Part shown: piece after piece, positions 54,993 through 64,000 of the stretch
How the letters are laid out: each line of letters opens with the position of its first letter
Numbering within the stretch: the first letter of the stretch is position 1
Assembly: GCA_007376385.1 (NCBI GenBank)
Contig: VMGC01000002.1
Location: 32,001 to 96,000 of the forward strand
DNA from: Parcubacteria group bacterium Gr01-1014_8
GTDB lineage: Bacteria; Patescibacteriota; Minisyncoccia; Phycocordibacterales; UBA2100
Direction: 5' to 3'
DNA: 64,000 bases
Notes under the pieces: generated by a model
The model's input: the letters and a program-made list of their open reading frames with translations, nothing else
What the model was told of the DNA's origin: nothing
Database searches by the model: none
Position numbers and translations under genes: made by a program

Positions 54993-57680
54993 ATGACACC
55001 ATTCAACAATTTCACCACCAAAGCAAAGGAGGCCATTCAAAGAGCTCACCAGCTTGCCGTCGAACGCGGCCACAACCAGGTTTCGACCCTTCATCTTCTG
55101 GCCGCTCTCATGATGCAAGAGGAAAGCATGGTTATCCCGATGCTGGACCAGCTTGATATTGATACGGCGCATCTTACCGACTCTATACTGGAACAGATAG
55201 AAGGAGGGACCGGGACGACCGTCTCGCCATCGTTCCAGCTGTATCTCACACCGGAGTTGGTGCGAGTGTTCGAAGGCGCGCCGCGCATCGCTGCAAGTTT
55301 CAACGACCAATTCGTTTCTCCTGAGCATTTGCTTCTTGGCGTTGCCGAGCATCCGGGCCCTGCTGTAGACCTTCTCCAGCGATTTCGTATCGATAGAGCC
55401 GCACTGGCTCGCATTCTTGCAGATATCAAAGAAGGCAAGATACGCGACGCAGAAGAGCCGAAGAAGCCGCGCGCGCTCACTCGCTTCGCTCGTTCGCTCA
55501 CCGAGCGCGCACGCGAAAACAAACTTGACCCTGTCATCGGGCGCGATACTGAAATAATCCGCGTCATTCAAATTCTTTCCCGCCGCACAAAGAACAATCC
55601 AATCCTCATAGGCGAAGCTGGAGTCGGAAAAACCGCCGTCGCAGAAGGTCTTGCCCAGCGCATGGCCTCCGGCGACGTGCCGGAATCGCTTCGCGGGAAG
55701 GAGCTCGTCCAGCTCGACCTCGGGCTTCTCGTTGCAGGTACGAAATACCGCGGAGAATTCGAGGAACGATTGAAGGCTGTCATGAAGGAAGTTGAGAAGG
55801 CGGAAGGGAAGATAATTCTATTTGTTGACGAGCTGCATACGCTGATAGGTGCAGGGGCAGCGGACGGCGCACTTGATGCGTCGAATATGCTCAAGCCGGC
55901 TCTCGCTCGTGGCGAGATACGCGTTGTCGGCGCAACTACTCTCAAGGAATACCAGCGCCACATCGAACACGATGCAGCGTTCACTCGCCGCTTTCAGCCT
56001 GTCTATGTGAACGAGCCCTCGCTCGACGATACAGTCGCAATTTTACGCGGTCTCAAGGAACGTTATGAGCTTTTTCACGGTGTCCACATTACAGACGATG
56101 CCATCATTTCTGCGGCACAACTTTCCAGCCGCTATATCACAGAGAGATTTCTGCCGGACAAAGCCATAGACCTCATAGACGAAGCCGCTTCCGCGCTCCG
56201 ACTCTCGCTTGAGAACAAGCCGCCAGCCCTCGAAGAGGCGCATCGCAAAGTAACCCGTCTCGAGATTGAAAAAGAGGCGCTCAAGAAAGAATCCGACGCA
56301 AGCGAAGGCAAAGCTCGCACGCGCGTCAAATCCATCGAGAAAGAGATAGCAGACCTTCGCGACGGAACGCGCGAGCTCGAAATGAAATGGAAGAACGAGA
56401 AAGAAACGTTGACCGAAATTGGTCGCCTCAAGAAAGAATTGGAAGCGGCTCGGCTTGAAGCAGAAGGTGCCGAAGCCAGAAGCGACCTTACGAAAACCGC
56501 TGAAATACGGTACGGTCGCATTCCGAATCTCGAAAGGGACCTCGACACAGCGTCGAAAAAACTTCGCAAATTGCAATCCACCAGGCGCGTACTCCGCGAA
56601 GACATCACGTCAGAAGATATTGCGGCAGTAGTCTCGCGCTGGACGGGCGTGCCGGTCTCTCGAATGCTCGAGGAAGAAGCAGAAAAACTCTCTCGCATGG
56701 AAGCCGACATAAAGAAACGCATCATCGGTCAAGACGAGGCAGTCCAGAAAGTTGCGGATGCCATCAAGCGAAGCCGCGCAGGGATTGCAGACCCGAACAG
56801 ACCAGTTGGCTCGTTTCTATTCCTTGGTCCAACCGGAGTTGGAAAAACAGAGCTCACCAAAGCGCTTGCAGAATTTCTTTTCAACAGCGAAAAGGCGCTT
56901 ATACGCGTAGACATGTCCGAGTACATGGAAAAGCACTCTGTCTCCAAAATGATTGGTTCGCCTCCAGGATATGTCGGACACGACGAAGGTGGGGGACTCA
57001 CGGAATTGGTTCGTCATCGTCCGTACTCTGTCATTCTCTTCGACGAGATCGAAAAAGCGCATCCGGAAGTATTCAACGTGCTTCTGCAGGTCTTGGACAA
57101 CGGCAGGCTCACAGATTCAAAGGGGCGCACCGTGAACTTCAAGAATACTGTCATCATCATGACGTCGAACATCGGCAGCGAGCACATAGACAAAATGTCG
57201 AATCTTGGCTTCAACCAGGGTCCGGCGGGTTCGGCACACGAACAGTACGAGCAGGTGAAAGTAAAAGTAATGAGCGCGCTCAAGGATTTCTTCCGACCGG
57301 AATTCTTGAACCGTCTCGATGAGATAGTGCTCTTCAACATCCTCTCGCCTGAATCGGTGCAGACAATAGTGCGCATTCAGGTAGACCAAGTCGTAAAGAG
57401 GCTCGAAGAAAAACACATCAAGCTCACGTTCTCGGATGCAGTTATCGAACACCTCGCAAAGGAGGGCTACAACCCGCAATACGGTGCGCGTCCGCTGAAA
57501 CGACTTATCCAGAGCAAAGTTCTAACCGCGGTTGCAAACATGATGGTCGCGAGGGGAGTCCTCGAAGGCGGCTCCGTCCATGTTGATATGAAAGATGGCG
57601 AATTCTCGTTCGATGTACGAAAGAGCGCTGAACGTGTACGAGGAGCAAGAGCGAGGGCGAAATCGGCGAGTGCTGCATAA
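54993..57680 (+). CDS. clpB: ATP-dependent chaperone ClpB
   Basis: Two AAA+ modules (GEAGVGKT; GPTGVGKT) separated by a long coiled-coil M-domain. Confidence 0.9.
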   Translation: MTPFNNFTTKAKEAIQRAHQLAVERGHNQVSTLHLLAALMMQEESMVIPMLDQLDIDTAHLTDSILEQIEGGTGTTVSPSFQLYLTPELVRVFEGAPRIAASFNDQFVSPEHLLLGVAEHPGPAVDLLQRFRIDRAALARILADIKEGKIRDAEEPKKPRALTRFARSLTERARENKLDPVIGRDTEIIRVIQILSRRTKNNPILIGEAGVGKTAVAEGLAQRMASGDVPESLRGKELVQLDLGLLVAGTKYRGEFEERLKAVMKEVEKAEGKIILFVDELHTLIGAGAADGALDASNMLKPALARGEIRVVGATTLKEYQRHIEHDAAFTRRFQPVYVNEPSLDDTVAILRGLKERYELFHGVHITDDAIISAAQLSSRYITERFLPDKAIDLIDEAASALRLSLENKPPALEEAHRKVTRLEIEKEALKKESDASEGKARTRVKSIEKEIADLRDGTRELEMKWKNEKETLTEIGRLKKELEAARLEAEGAEARSDLTKTAEIRYGRIPNLERDLDTASKKLRKLQSTRRVLREDITSEDIAAVVSRWTGVPVSRMLEEEAEKLSRMEADIKKRIIGQDEAVQKVADAIKRSRAGIADPNRPVGSFLFLGPTGVGKTELTKALAEFLFNSEKALIRVDMSEYMEKHSVSKMIGSPPGYVGHDEGGGLTELVRHRPYSVILFDEIEKAHPEVFNVLLQVLDNGRLTDSKGRTVNFKNTVIIMTSNIGSEHIDKMSNLGFNQGPAGSAHEQYEQVKVKVMSALKDFFRPEFLNRLDEIVLFNILSPESVQTIVRIQVDQVVKRLEEKHIKLTFSDAVIEHLAKEGYNPQYGARPLKRLIQSKVLTAVANMMVARGVLEGGSVHVDMKDGEFSFDVRKSAERVRGARARAKSASAA

Positions 57681-57699
57681 AAAGGGTCGCTCGAAGGTA

Positions 57700-57783
57700 G
57701 TGCTTCCTCCGGGCACGGATTTTTCTTACTAGAAAAATCCTCAAAATCCTCGGTCGTCACCTGCGGGGTCCCCCCAGAAGCAC
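57700..57783 (+). repeat. Conserved structured element downstream of a gene, copy 3 of 3 (outer stem GTGCTTC/GAAGCAC, CCGGGCAC, inner hairpin GGATTTTTCTT/AAGAAAAATCC, CTGCGGGGTCCC)
   Basis: See the copies at 2067-2149 and 26511-26626; sits between convergent clpB and 57816..58667. Confidence 0.7.
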
Positions 57784-57815
57784 AACCTCACTCGCTGGAG
57801 ACGGGGGAGCGTTCG

Positions 57816-58667
57816 CTACTTGTCTGTAGCCTTAGGTTTTTTCATCTTGAGTAAAATTTCTTCCACAGTATCCTTAAATTTGGCAGGCAGTTGATCCAAT
57901 ACTTCTCGAACTTCAGCCATAGTTTCTGCCTTCATTCCAGGGAACACCTCCTCTTTCAAGGTTTCGAGGCATCTTGGAATTCTCCACTCACCCGGGGTCC
58001 CCATTGTTTCCTTTATGGTCCGTAAAGGAATTAATATTGCGCCCATTCGTCCTTCCTTAGAATACATATATGTTTCCAGTTCACGAATTCGCATTTCAAG
58101 ATCGGTAATTGTGAGTTGTTGTCGATTTTGAGTCGCGCCTTGCGAGGCAACATCCTTCTGTTGTGATACAGAAGCGGTGGTTAACTTGGAAATTTTCTCA
58201 TCCACTGCACGTATTTCTTCAATCATTTCACCTTTTTCTTTTGACAATGCCAATGCAGTAGTTGCGGACGATTTAGCCAAAATATCCTCTTCCGATTTCT
58301 TTATTAGAAGCTTTGTGTCTTCGCGAATTTCGTTGGATAGAGCTCCAATCTCTGCCCTCAATGCGGTCACGGAAGACGTTACTTGGGATTCAAGTGCTTG
58401 GCGTGCATCTACGATACTTGACGACTGTTTTTCCAATTCTTTCTCTATGGGTCGTAAACTCATCAAATAAAATATCCCACCAAGAGCCAATACAACGGTA
58501 ATTGCAAATCCAATATGCTCAAGGGACGCTGTGTTTAATTGGTGAATCAAATCAAGCTGCCATCTTACAAGGTCAGATCCGGAAATTGGTGTAACTGCAG
58601 ATATTGTCGTTGTTGCCATACGGAATGACACTACGCCTGCCGTCAGTTCCTTGCAAGCGACTAGCAT
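57816..58667 (-). CDS. Hypothetical membrane-anchored coiled-coil protein
   Basis: One TM helix followed by heptad-rich sequence. Confidence 0.45.
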   Translation of the reverse strand: MLVACKELTAGVVSFRMATTTISAVTPISGSDLVRWQLDLIHQLNTASLEHIGFAITVVLALGGIFYLMSLRPIEKELEKQSSSIVDARQALESQVTSSVTALRAEIGALSNEIREDTKLLIKKSEEDILAKSSATTALALSKEKGEMIEEIRAVDEKISKLTTASVSQQKDVASQGATQNRQQLTITDLEMRIRELETYMYSKEGRMGAILIPLRTIKETMGTPGEWRIPRCLETLKEEVFPGMKAETMAEVREVLDQLPAKFKDTVEEILLKMKKPKATDK

Positions 58668-58899
58668 TATTTATCGATGGGGGTTTAGATGCTTACGTAC
58701 ACCGCCCACTTTCCCGTCGTCCCGATCTGCTGTAAAGAGGGTCAGTAATTTAGGAGGGCAATAAATTGGCTTGATTACAGTGTTTTTATTGGTTACTATA
58801 GGTTAACCAATGAAATATGAGCAAAGAGAAAGGTGAGCCACTAGTATTTTTAACAACTCCGCAGATCACTCAGTTAGAGCAAAATTTCACATTTCGGTC

Positions 58900-59427
58900 T
58901 TGCCAAGAAGACGTACAGAAGCGTACAGTGCCGCTATGCAGACAGGCGAAGCTCTGAAGTGGTTTTTTCAAAACCTTTGGGTTGAGATACTATTTGGAGT
59001 TGTTCTGATACCTCTCACTGGCTGGGTGTTTATGTGGCTTTATCATCGTTTTTATAAAGCCCACATGATAACTCGTGTTCTTCGCGTGCATAATAATCCA
59101 ACTCGCACATGGCGGAAGGGTGTTTATGCGGCTGATCGGTTCATGGATATATTTGAAGCAGGCAGACCCGTTCGTTCCGAGGCAATATTGATGTATGGAG
59201 GTGGCGATGGAGGTGGTGCTTGGCACAATTCGTACCTCGATAAAGGGATACTGGAAAAATATGGGTTAGTTGAAACTTTTGAGGAGGGCGGACAAAGAAT
59301 GGTAAAGGCGACTCAGACTTCTCTCACAAAGGCGGTATATAAGATACTGTTCAGTCAAGACGAGCGAGAGAAGTTGAAAACAAACTCATTTTCGAGAGGC
59401 GATGGACGTCGTAATCTTACTCCCTGA
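58900..59427 (+). CDS. Hypothetical membrane protein
   Basis: ORF; one TM helix. Confidence 0.4.
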   Translation: MPRRRTEAYSAAMQTGEALKWFFQNLWVEILFGVVLIPLTGWVFMWLYHRFYKAHMITRVLRVHNNPTRTWRKGVYAADRFMDIFEAGRPVRSEAILMYGGGDGGGAWHNSYLDKGILEKYGLVETFEEGGQRMVKATQTSLTKAVYKILFSQDEREKLKTNSFSRGDGRRNLTP

Positions 59428-59887
59428 CATACACCACCCCAGCTCCTGTCTTCCCGATTTGTTTGATCTTGCCTTCCCTTTTGAGGATGGTGAGGTACCG
59501 CGTGGCGGTGGCATCGGAAACATGCAGGAGTTTCTCTACCTCGTCGTTCGTTATCTTTCCGCTCGCAGTCAGTGTTTCCAATATCATGTCTAGTTTCTTT
59601 CGTTTCCGGATCTGCGTTTTTTCGTGTGCTTTCTTCAACAATTCCGGCTTCGGGTCTGCGGGGGCAACAATCGGCTCATTTGTAGGGGTAAACGGCTCAA
59701 CGACCGGTCGTTGAGCCGTTTGGGCTTCAGCTGGAATTGCATCTACTGGCTCTGGAATCGTGATTTCCGGCGCAGGCGGCGCAGGTTCTGGCACTGCAGC
59801 TGCAGTAGGAATTTCTGGAGCGGATTGCGGTTCCACCGGCGGCGCAGGCGGTTCAGGCACTGAGGGAGGCGGCGTATCATCTGCCAT
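59417..59887 (-). CDS. Pro-rich protein with a C-terminal winged-helix DNA-binding domain
   Basis: N-terminal PEPPAPPVEP repeats; C-terminal ITNDEVEKLLHVSDATATRYLTILKREGKIKQ helix-turn-helix. Confidence 0.5.
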   Translation of the reverse strand: MADDTPPPSVPEPPAPPVEPQSAPEIPTAAAVPEPAPPAPEITIPEPVDAIPAEAQTAQRPVVEPFTPTNEPIVAPADPKPELLKKAHEKTQIRKRKKLDMILETLTASGKITNDEVEKLLHVSDATATRYLTILKREGKIKQIGKTGAGVVYVRE

Positions 59888-59940
59888 AAAGCAATTTTAA
59901 CTCATCTGCGCCCGAGGCGGACAAAATTGGGACGACTCTG

Positions 59941-61164
59941 TCAGACTGACTCAAAAATAGTGGCGGTTCCAAAACCTCTGACTTTGCCCGCTGACCTCAG
60001 CCACTCCTGTTTCTCAAATAATTGTTCAATTGGACCTAGGCAGACGATCTTTATGTGCTTATTGCTTGCGACTCTTTTTAACTTTGTTACCGTACCTGCT
60101 GCGGTTTTAGGTGTAAAAGGACTGAATAAATAAAATACATCGCCGTCGGAAATATCTTGGTCGAGAACATTTCCCGCTCGAAATTCAACGTTCGGAAGAC
60201 CCAATTTTTCTTTTGCTTTATTGCAGGCTTCAACACGTTCTCGTACCAATTCGATACCAACGAATTTCGCCTCGGTTATCAATGCCCCATATAGAGGGAT
60301 TCTTCCATGTCCCGAACCCAAGTCGTAGAATACTTGCCCTTTTTCGGGCTTCAATGTTCGCAAGAGATTTCGTATCATCTCGTAGTCCGTTCCTTGGTAC
60401 GGCCATCTTTCACCCTTGTGTTTTATTGCTACGTCAGAGCCAACGAGGTTGATGTCGTCCAGATATCCCGTAACTCCAAGCAATGCATCCATTTTTCGTT
60501 CGTCAATTTTTGCATTCCCCGCATGTATGGCGGCGATGTCGCCCTTGATAAATGCTCTTTCTCTATCTGGGGTAATTTTGTTAGAGGGCTGGTCCCTATT
60601 AGCGTCGCTTTTATTTGAAGTGTTAGAAGGCGTATCTTCGTCGAGAAGTATTCTGAAATGCCGCTGTTCGCCGTACGGGGATACGAAATCGTGCTTTTCC
60701 AAAATCCTGCTTCCATAATGCCTTTCAATGCTATCGGCATATCCGTTGGCTTTTAAGGCATCTCTCGAAAGAAATATGCAGCCGCACTTACGCAATCCGC
60801 TCTCAAGTTTTTCCATAAGCGGACCGATGAGTCCTTTCCCTTGATGCTTGGGTTTTATCATCGTCGTTGTGACGTATGCAGTCTTCTGCGTTTCATCTAC
60901 ATCAGCCCATGAAAAGCCGACGACTATTCCTCGTGCATCATAGAGAAGGGCGGTGACGACATTATCCTCTTTCATTTCTATGACGTTATTGCTTGAGAGG
61001 GGAAGTGTCTTTTGGTTTAGCTGTTCAATTTCAGCTAACTGAATGGCAAGTTCAGCCCAATTTGCGGTGCGTTTGTCTAAAATTTTGCTTGAGAATCCCG
61101 CAATTGCTTCCGAATTTCTTTCTGGCTTGGCGCGGGGCGTCTTGTTTGATCCCAGGTCGGTCAT
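59941..61164 (-). CDS. Fusion protein: N-terminal GNAT acetyltransferase plus C-terminal class I SAM-dependent methyltransferase
   Basis: HQGKGLIGPLMEKLE (GNAT motif A) and VFYDLGSGHGRIPLYGAL (methyltransferase motif I); start at the internal MTDLG. Confidence 0.6.
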   Translation of the reverse strand: MTDLGSNKTPRAKPERNSEAIAGFSSKILDKRTANWAELAIQLAEIEQLNQKTLPLSSNNVIEMKEDNVVTALLYDARGIVVGFSWADVDETQKTAYVTTTMIKPKHQGKGLIGPLMEKLESGLRKCGCIFLSRDALKANGYADSIERHYGSRILEKHDFVSPYGEQRHFRILLDEDTPSNTSNKSDANRDQPSNKITPDRERAFIKGDIAAIHAGNAKIDERKMDALLGVTGYLDDINLVGSDVAIKHKGERWPYQGTDYEMIRNLLRTLKPEKGQVFYDLGSGHGRIPLYGALITEAKFVGIELVRERVEACNKAKEKLGLPNVEFRAGNVLDQDISDGDVFYLFSPFTPKTAAGTVTKLKRVASNKHIKIVCLGPIEQLFEKQEWLRSAGKVRGFGTATIFESV

Positions 61165-61269
61165 GTGTTGAATTATACGCGATGGCGCGCGCCAGAGGTG
61201 GCCGGAAAGCAATACGTTACCGGAACGCTGATCGAAAACACCCTTGACGGGTGTTTTTCAAACTATCTG

Positions 61270-61294
61270 TGCGCCGGACTGGATTCGAACCAGC
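61270..61294 (-). pseudogene. Inverted partial copy of the tRNA-Tyr 3-prime end (GGTTCGAATCCAGTCCGGCGCA)
   Basis: 20 of 22 nt identical to the 3-prime end of tRNA-Tyr at 62043-62064; no 5-prime half present. Confidence 0.55.
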
Positions 61295-61364
61295 GAAGAC
61301 CGAAGCCAACGCGTCTGTGCACAAGTCGCCTTGACCATAACCAGGCGTTATTTATTCTTTATGT

Positions 61365-62012
61365 ATGGTACGCATCCTAGCAATACCGAGAACGAAATGG
61401 AACGGAATAATAGGTCAGTACAAATCAGGGCTTTCGATGCAACAAGTTGCCGACAAGAATGGCGTATCGATTGATGTTATTACTTACATACTTCGTAAGT
61501 CTAAAGTGCCGCGGCGTTCATTTATTGACGCAAATAGAATTGCGTTTGAATCAAAGAAACCCTCTTTTGCGCTACGCAATCAGAACTCGGATTCATCAAA
61601 GGAGTTAGATTTGATTGGAGCGATGCTCTATTGGGCAGAGGGATATAAGAGAAATACGGCTAGCGGAATAGATTTTGCGAATAGCGATCCTGATATGGCC
61701 TTATTATTCTGGCGATTCCTGAAACATCGTTACAAACTCGACCTCAAGAGGCTCTATTTCTCTGTTTATCACTATGACGATCAACACTTATCCGCTCTTG
61801 TGAAGTTTTGGAAGCATAAGTTGGGTATCTCTGAGGAACTATTTCGACACTCATATATGAAGGGAAATTCGAATCCGAATGCGCGCAAGTTGCCATACGG
61901 TGTTTTACACATTCGCTATATGGATAAAAAGCTTTTGAGAGACGTGCTAACTTTGATAGAATCGTATAAACTACGGTTCTGCGTCGGTGGCGGAGTGGTC
62001 AATCGCAATTGA
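61365..62012 (+). CDS. HTH protein with a C-terminal LAGLIDADG-like (homing-endonuclease-like) domain
   Basis: N-terminal LSMQQVADKNGVSIDVITYIL helix-turn-helix; LIGAMLYWAEGYK resembles a single LAGLIDADG motif; the 3-prime end overlaps the tRNA-Tyr 5-prime end. Confidence 0.45.
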   Translation: MVRILAIPRTKWNGIIGQYKSGLSMQQVADKNGVSIDVITYILRKSKVPRRSFIDANRIAFESKKPSFALRNQNSDSSKELDLIGAMLYWAEGYKRNTASGIDFANSDPDMALLFWRFLKHRYKLDLKRLYFSVYHYDDQHLSALVKFWKHKLGISEELFRHSYMKGNSNPNARKLPYGVLHIRYMDKKLLRDVLTLIESYKLRFCVGGGVVNRN

Positions 62013-62064
62013 CTGTAGATCAATCGCCCTTTGGGCTACGCAGGTTCGAATCCTGCCCGGCGCA
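61981..62064 (+). tRNA. tRNA-Tyr (anticodon GTA), type II
   Basis: GCGTCGG/CCGGCGC acceptor, anticodon arm ATTGA-CTGTAGA-TCAAT, long variable arm, T-loop TTCGAAT. Confidence 0.8.
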
Positions 62065-62115
62065 CAAGTAAGATGGTCAAATTGGGGAGCTTTTTCGCGT
62101 GCTACAATATTCCAG

Positions 62116-62499
62116 ATGAGAGCAGTGCGTTTTGCGCTCGCGTACCTAACTCCCGTTTCTTTAGCGCTTCTGCCGCTCGTTTCAAACGCTGCTTTGCCGG
62201 ATTCCATCGTTCCGTGTAAGGGGCTCGACTGCACAGTGTGCAGCTTGGCGACACTTGCTCAAAACTTGCTGAATGCGGGGATTTTCATGGCTATCTTCAT
62301 ATCCGCGCTTCTCTTTGCCTATGCAGGGTGGCTGTATCTCACCAACGAAGCTATCGGTCAGCAGCAGAAGGCAAAAGGCATGTTTCTGAATGTGGTAGTT
62401 GGACTCGTTCTCATTCTCGGCGCATGGCTCATCGTTGATACTTTGATGAAGGTTATGCTCGGAGGCAGCTACATGCCGTGGAATAGCGTTTGTTCATAG
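62116..62499 (+). CDS. Pilin-like paralog 6 (homolog of 44141..44488)
   Basis: Signal LPLVSNA|AL, helices FAYAGWLYLT and VVGLVLILGAWLIVD; parallels VYAGFLFV and ILILGAWVF in paralog 1. Confidence 0.55.
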   Translation: MRAVRFALAYLTPVSLALLPLVSNAALPDSIVPCKGLDCTVCSLATLAQNLLNAGIFMAIFISALLFAYAGWLYLTNEAIGQQQKAKGMFLNVVVGLVLILGAWLIVDTLMKVMLGGSYMPWNSVCS

Positions 62500-62521
62500 G
62501 CCCTGCACGTCTTCGTATTGA

Positions 62522-62608
62522 CCCCATTAGAGAAGGATCATTTCCTTCCAGCTTGTTCTGCGTATTCGCTCTTCAAAAATTGATCGAAATAGGACCAAAG
62601 CATTCTCT
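62522..62608 (+). promoter_or_regulatory. Inverted box pair variant ATTGACCCCATTAGAGAA ... CTCTAACGGGGTTGAC, about 50 nt upstream of rpmG
   Basis: Diverged family member. Confidence 0.45.
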
Positions 62609-62658
62609 AACGGGGTTGACCTAGAGCCGCTATTTGGCTATAGTGCGCCCGAATCGAT

Positions 62659-62817
62659 ATGTCACAAGATCAACTCATAAAACTCGCGTGTTCGAAGTGC
62701 GCACGCATCAACTACTGGTCCCGCAAGAACAGAAAGCTTGTTACGCGCAAGATAGAAATGAAGAAGTACTGCAAGTGGTGTAAGGCGCACACCATGCATA
62801 AGGAATCTAAAAAGTAA
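62659..62817 (+). CDS. rpmG: 50S ribosomal protein L33 (52 aa, zinc-ribbon type)
   Basis: Hand-translated MSQDQLIKLACSKCARINYWSRKNRKLVTRKIEMKKYCKWCKAHTMHKESKK with CxxC...CxxC. Confidence 0.8.
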   Translation: MSQDQLIKLACSKCARINYWSRKNRKLVTRKIEMKKYCKWCKAHTMHKESKK

Positions 62818-62820
62818 GCC

Positions 62821-63142
62821 TTGCCCACTTGCAGTGAGAAGGGGCCGGGAAGCGGGAGCGACCAATCATTCTTAGCGGTACTCCGCTTTAGAATGATGAA
62901 GTACTCCTGTGGTGTTTCCCGTGGAGGAAGGCAGCGTGTGAGTTTTGGACGAGCATTGGAAAACCGTGGGCGACCAATTTTTCTTGCCGGTACTCCGGCT
63001 TAGAAAAATGGAGGTACCCTTGAGGTGTGACCAAGAAAATAACGAGGAACGAGTATATTTTCTGAAGTACTCTTGCGGTGTTTCCAAAGTTTTCTTGTGT
63101 TGCCGCAAGCATACGCCGCACAAAGAAGCGAAGAAATAGAAG
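62821..63142 (+). repeat. Two to three degenerate tandem repeats derived from the rpmG 3-prime half (GAAGTACTCCTGTGGTGTTTCC / GGAGGTACCCTTGAGGTGTGACC / GAAGTACTCTTGCGGTGTTTCC ... TGCCGCAAGCATACGCCGCACAAAGAAGCGAAGAAATAG)
   Basis: Nucleotide and peptide similarity to the rpmG tail (KKYCKWCKAHTMHKESKK versus KYSCGVS...CRKHTPHKEAKK). Confidence 0.55.
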
Positions 63143-63161
63143 CGCTTGATATACTGCGTGC

Positions 63162-63764
63162 ATGGTAGAGGAGCTCGGACGAGTGCGCTTGTCATACAAC
63201 AATGAGTTGGACAAGCTTCGTGCCGAACCGGAGAAATTGAGCGATTTACGCAAATTCATCGGCCTTGCCGCTCGCACTGCATATGGTGAATTATTGTTGA
63301 TTCAGGTCCGTGCGGGTATCCCAATCGTGAATGCCGCCCCGGGTCTGCTCAAACTGTTGGACCAGTCTGCGGACAAGGCCGAAGAGTATGAGAAATTAAT
63401 AAGCGGAATCGCATCGAAAGACGAACTCGAGGATAGGGAACGCGGTTTCTGCGTCCTCTTTGTGATACGACCGTTCTTAAATTACATAGCGGAGGTGCAT
63501 GCACACACGCCAGAGAACAACCATAATGCGCGGGCGGCACTCTTATCAATGATGAATGATTTTGTAGAGATAGCCGGACACATGGCCGGAAAAATCAAAG
63601 ATGAAACTGAACGGGATAGAGCCCAAAAAACGGTCGCTGAGTTGAAAGGCATGATAAAGAACAATGTGGTAGGGGAAGCACAATACATTGAGAGAGTAGA
63701 GATTTGTCGTGGCGCTGTTGGGCGTTTTTTCAACATCCTAGACGAGAGATGCATCGTTTGCTGA
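63162..63764 (+). CDS. Hypothetical protein, 200 aa
   Basis: ORF only. Confidence 0.45.
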   Translation: MVEELGRVRLSYNNELDKLRAEPEKLSDLRKFIGLAARTAYGELLLIQVRAGIPIVNAAPGLLKLLDQSADKAEEYEKLISGIASKDELEDRERGFCVLFVIRPFLNYIAEVHAHTPENNHNARAALLSMMNDFVEIAGHMAGKIKDETERDRAQKTVAELKGMIKNNVVGEAQYIERVEICRGAVGRFFNILDERCIVC

Positions 63765-63809
63765 TATTATATAACAGAAGTCTTACAACCATCAATTATA
63801 GTCTGATTA

Positions 63810-64000
63810 TGAAGTTAGTTGAGCATGAGCGCGCAATTTCGTTGCGCAAGCAAGGGCGTTCAATGAAGGAAATAGCAAACACTTTGTTTGTTGCAAAGAG
63901 TACAGTTTCGCTTTGGGTTCGAGATATTTCGTTGAGTAGACCTGCACGAAAACGCATACGTTTACTCTATACAAATGGACAGATCGCATCGCAAAAAGCC
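63810..64000 (+). CDS. HTH-domain protein, 3-prime partial (continues beyond the window); N-terminus paralogous to 61365..62012
   Basis: MKLVEHERAISLRKQGRSMKEIANTLFVAKSTVSLWVRD helix-turn-helix. Confidence 0.45.

Noticed and set aside
56132-56725. 197-aa ORF on the minus strand
   Set aside because: Antisense to clpB; Ser/Arg-rich.
61244-61474. 76-aa ORF on the plus strand
   Set aside because: Overlaps the inverted tRNA-Tyr fragment and the start of the HTH/LAGLIDADG-like gene in another frame.
1-64000. CRISPR arrays, rRNA genes, prophage blocks
   Set aside because: No arrays of regularly spaced identical direct repeats, no rRNA-like conserved stretches, and no cluster of phage structural genes were seen. 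The repeats present are short and structured and fall into the families described above.

Overview
This 64-kb window looks like a chromosomal segment of a small, streamlined bacterial genome, Candidate Phyla Radiation (Patescibacteria)-like by gene content, though I cannot confirm taxonomy without a database search. It uses the standard genetic code; TGA, TAA and TAG all terminate well-conserved genes. Most of it is tightly packed housekeeping genes: lepA (5-prime partial), valS, tsaD and tsaC, an ABC exporter, pyrF and pyrE, trxB, ftsA and ftsZ, ybeY, rpsU, a hisS-like gene, lepB, pth, rpsA, gyrA, alr, infB, rbfA, a cysteine desulfurase, clpB and rpmG. I found eleven tRNA genes: Gly-CCC, Arg-CCT, Phe-GAA, Val-GAC, Glu-TTC, Ser-CGA, Leu-TAG, Lys-CTT, Leu-TAA, Cys-GCA and Tyr-GTA. 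I found no rRNA genes and no CRISPR array. What stands out is how dense the small non-coding repeat content is: (1) a three-copy structured element sitting just after genes, whose stems covary between copies; (2) a dispersed pair of inverted boxes built on TATCTCAYGGGGTAT, found upstream of at least eight genes, with a variant that joins the stop codon of one gene to the start codon of the next; (3) a family of hairpins followed by a CCGAGC box, where two copies share a 50-nt core; (4) a roughly 155-nt leader repeat that carries a conserved tiny open reading frame beginning MNQ[L/F]W. There is also an IS200/RayT-type Y1 transposase gene flanked by inverted REP hairpins beside a diverged duplicate of the pth 3-prime end. 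A tRNA-Gly sits between two halves of another tRNA-like gene. A tRNA-Tyr has an inverted copy of its own 3-prime end on the far side of a gene that looks like an HTH plus LAGLIDADG-type endonuclease. Degenerate rpmG-derived tandem repeats follow rpmG. A cluster of six paralogous small secreted two-helix membrane proteins (pilin-like) lies next to a membrane-anchored solute-binding-protein homolog. All coordinates and calls come from reading the sequence and the ORF track by eye and are approximate to a few nucleotides. None of the homology calls was verified by search.
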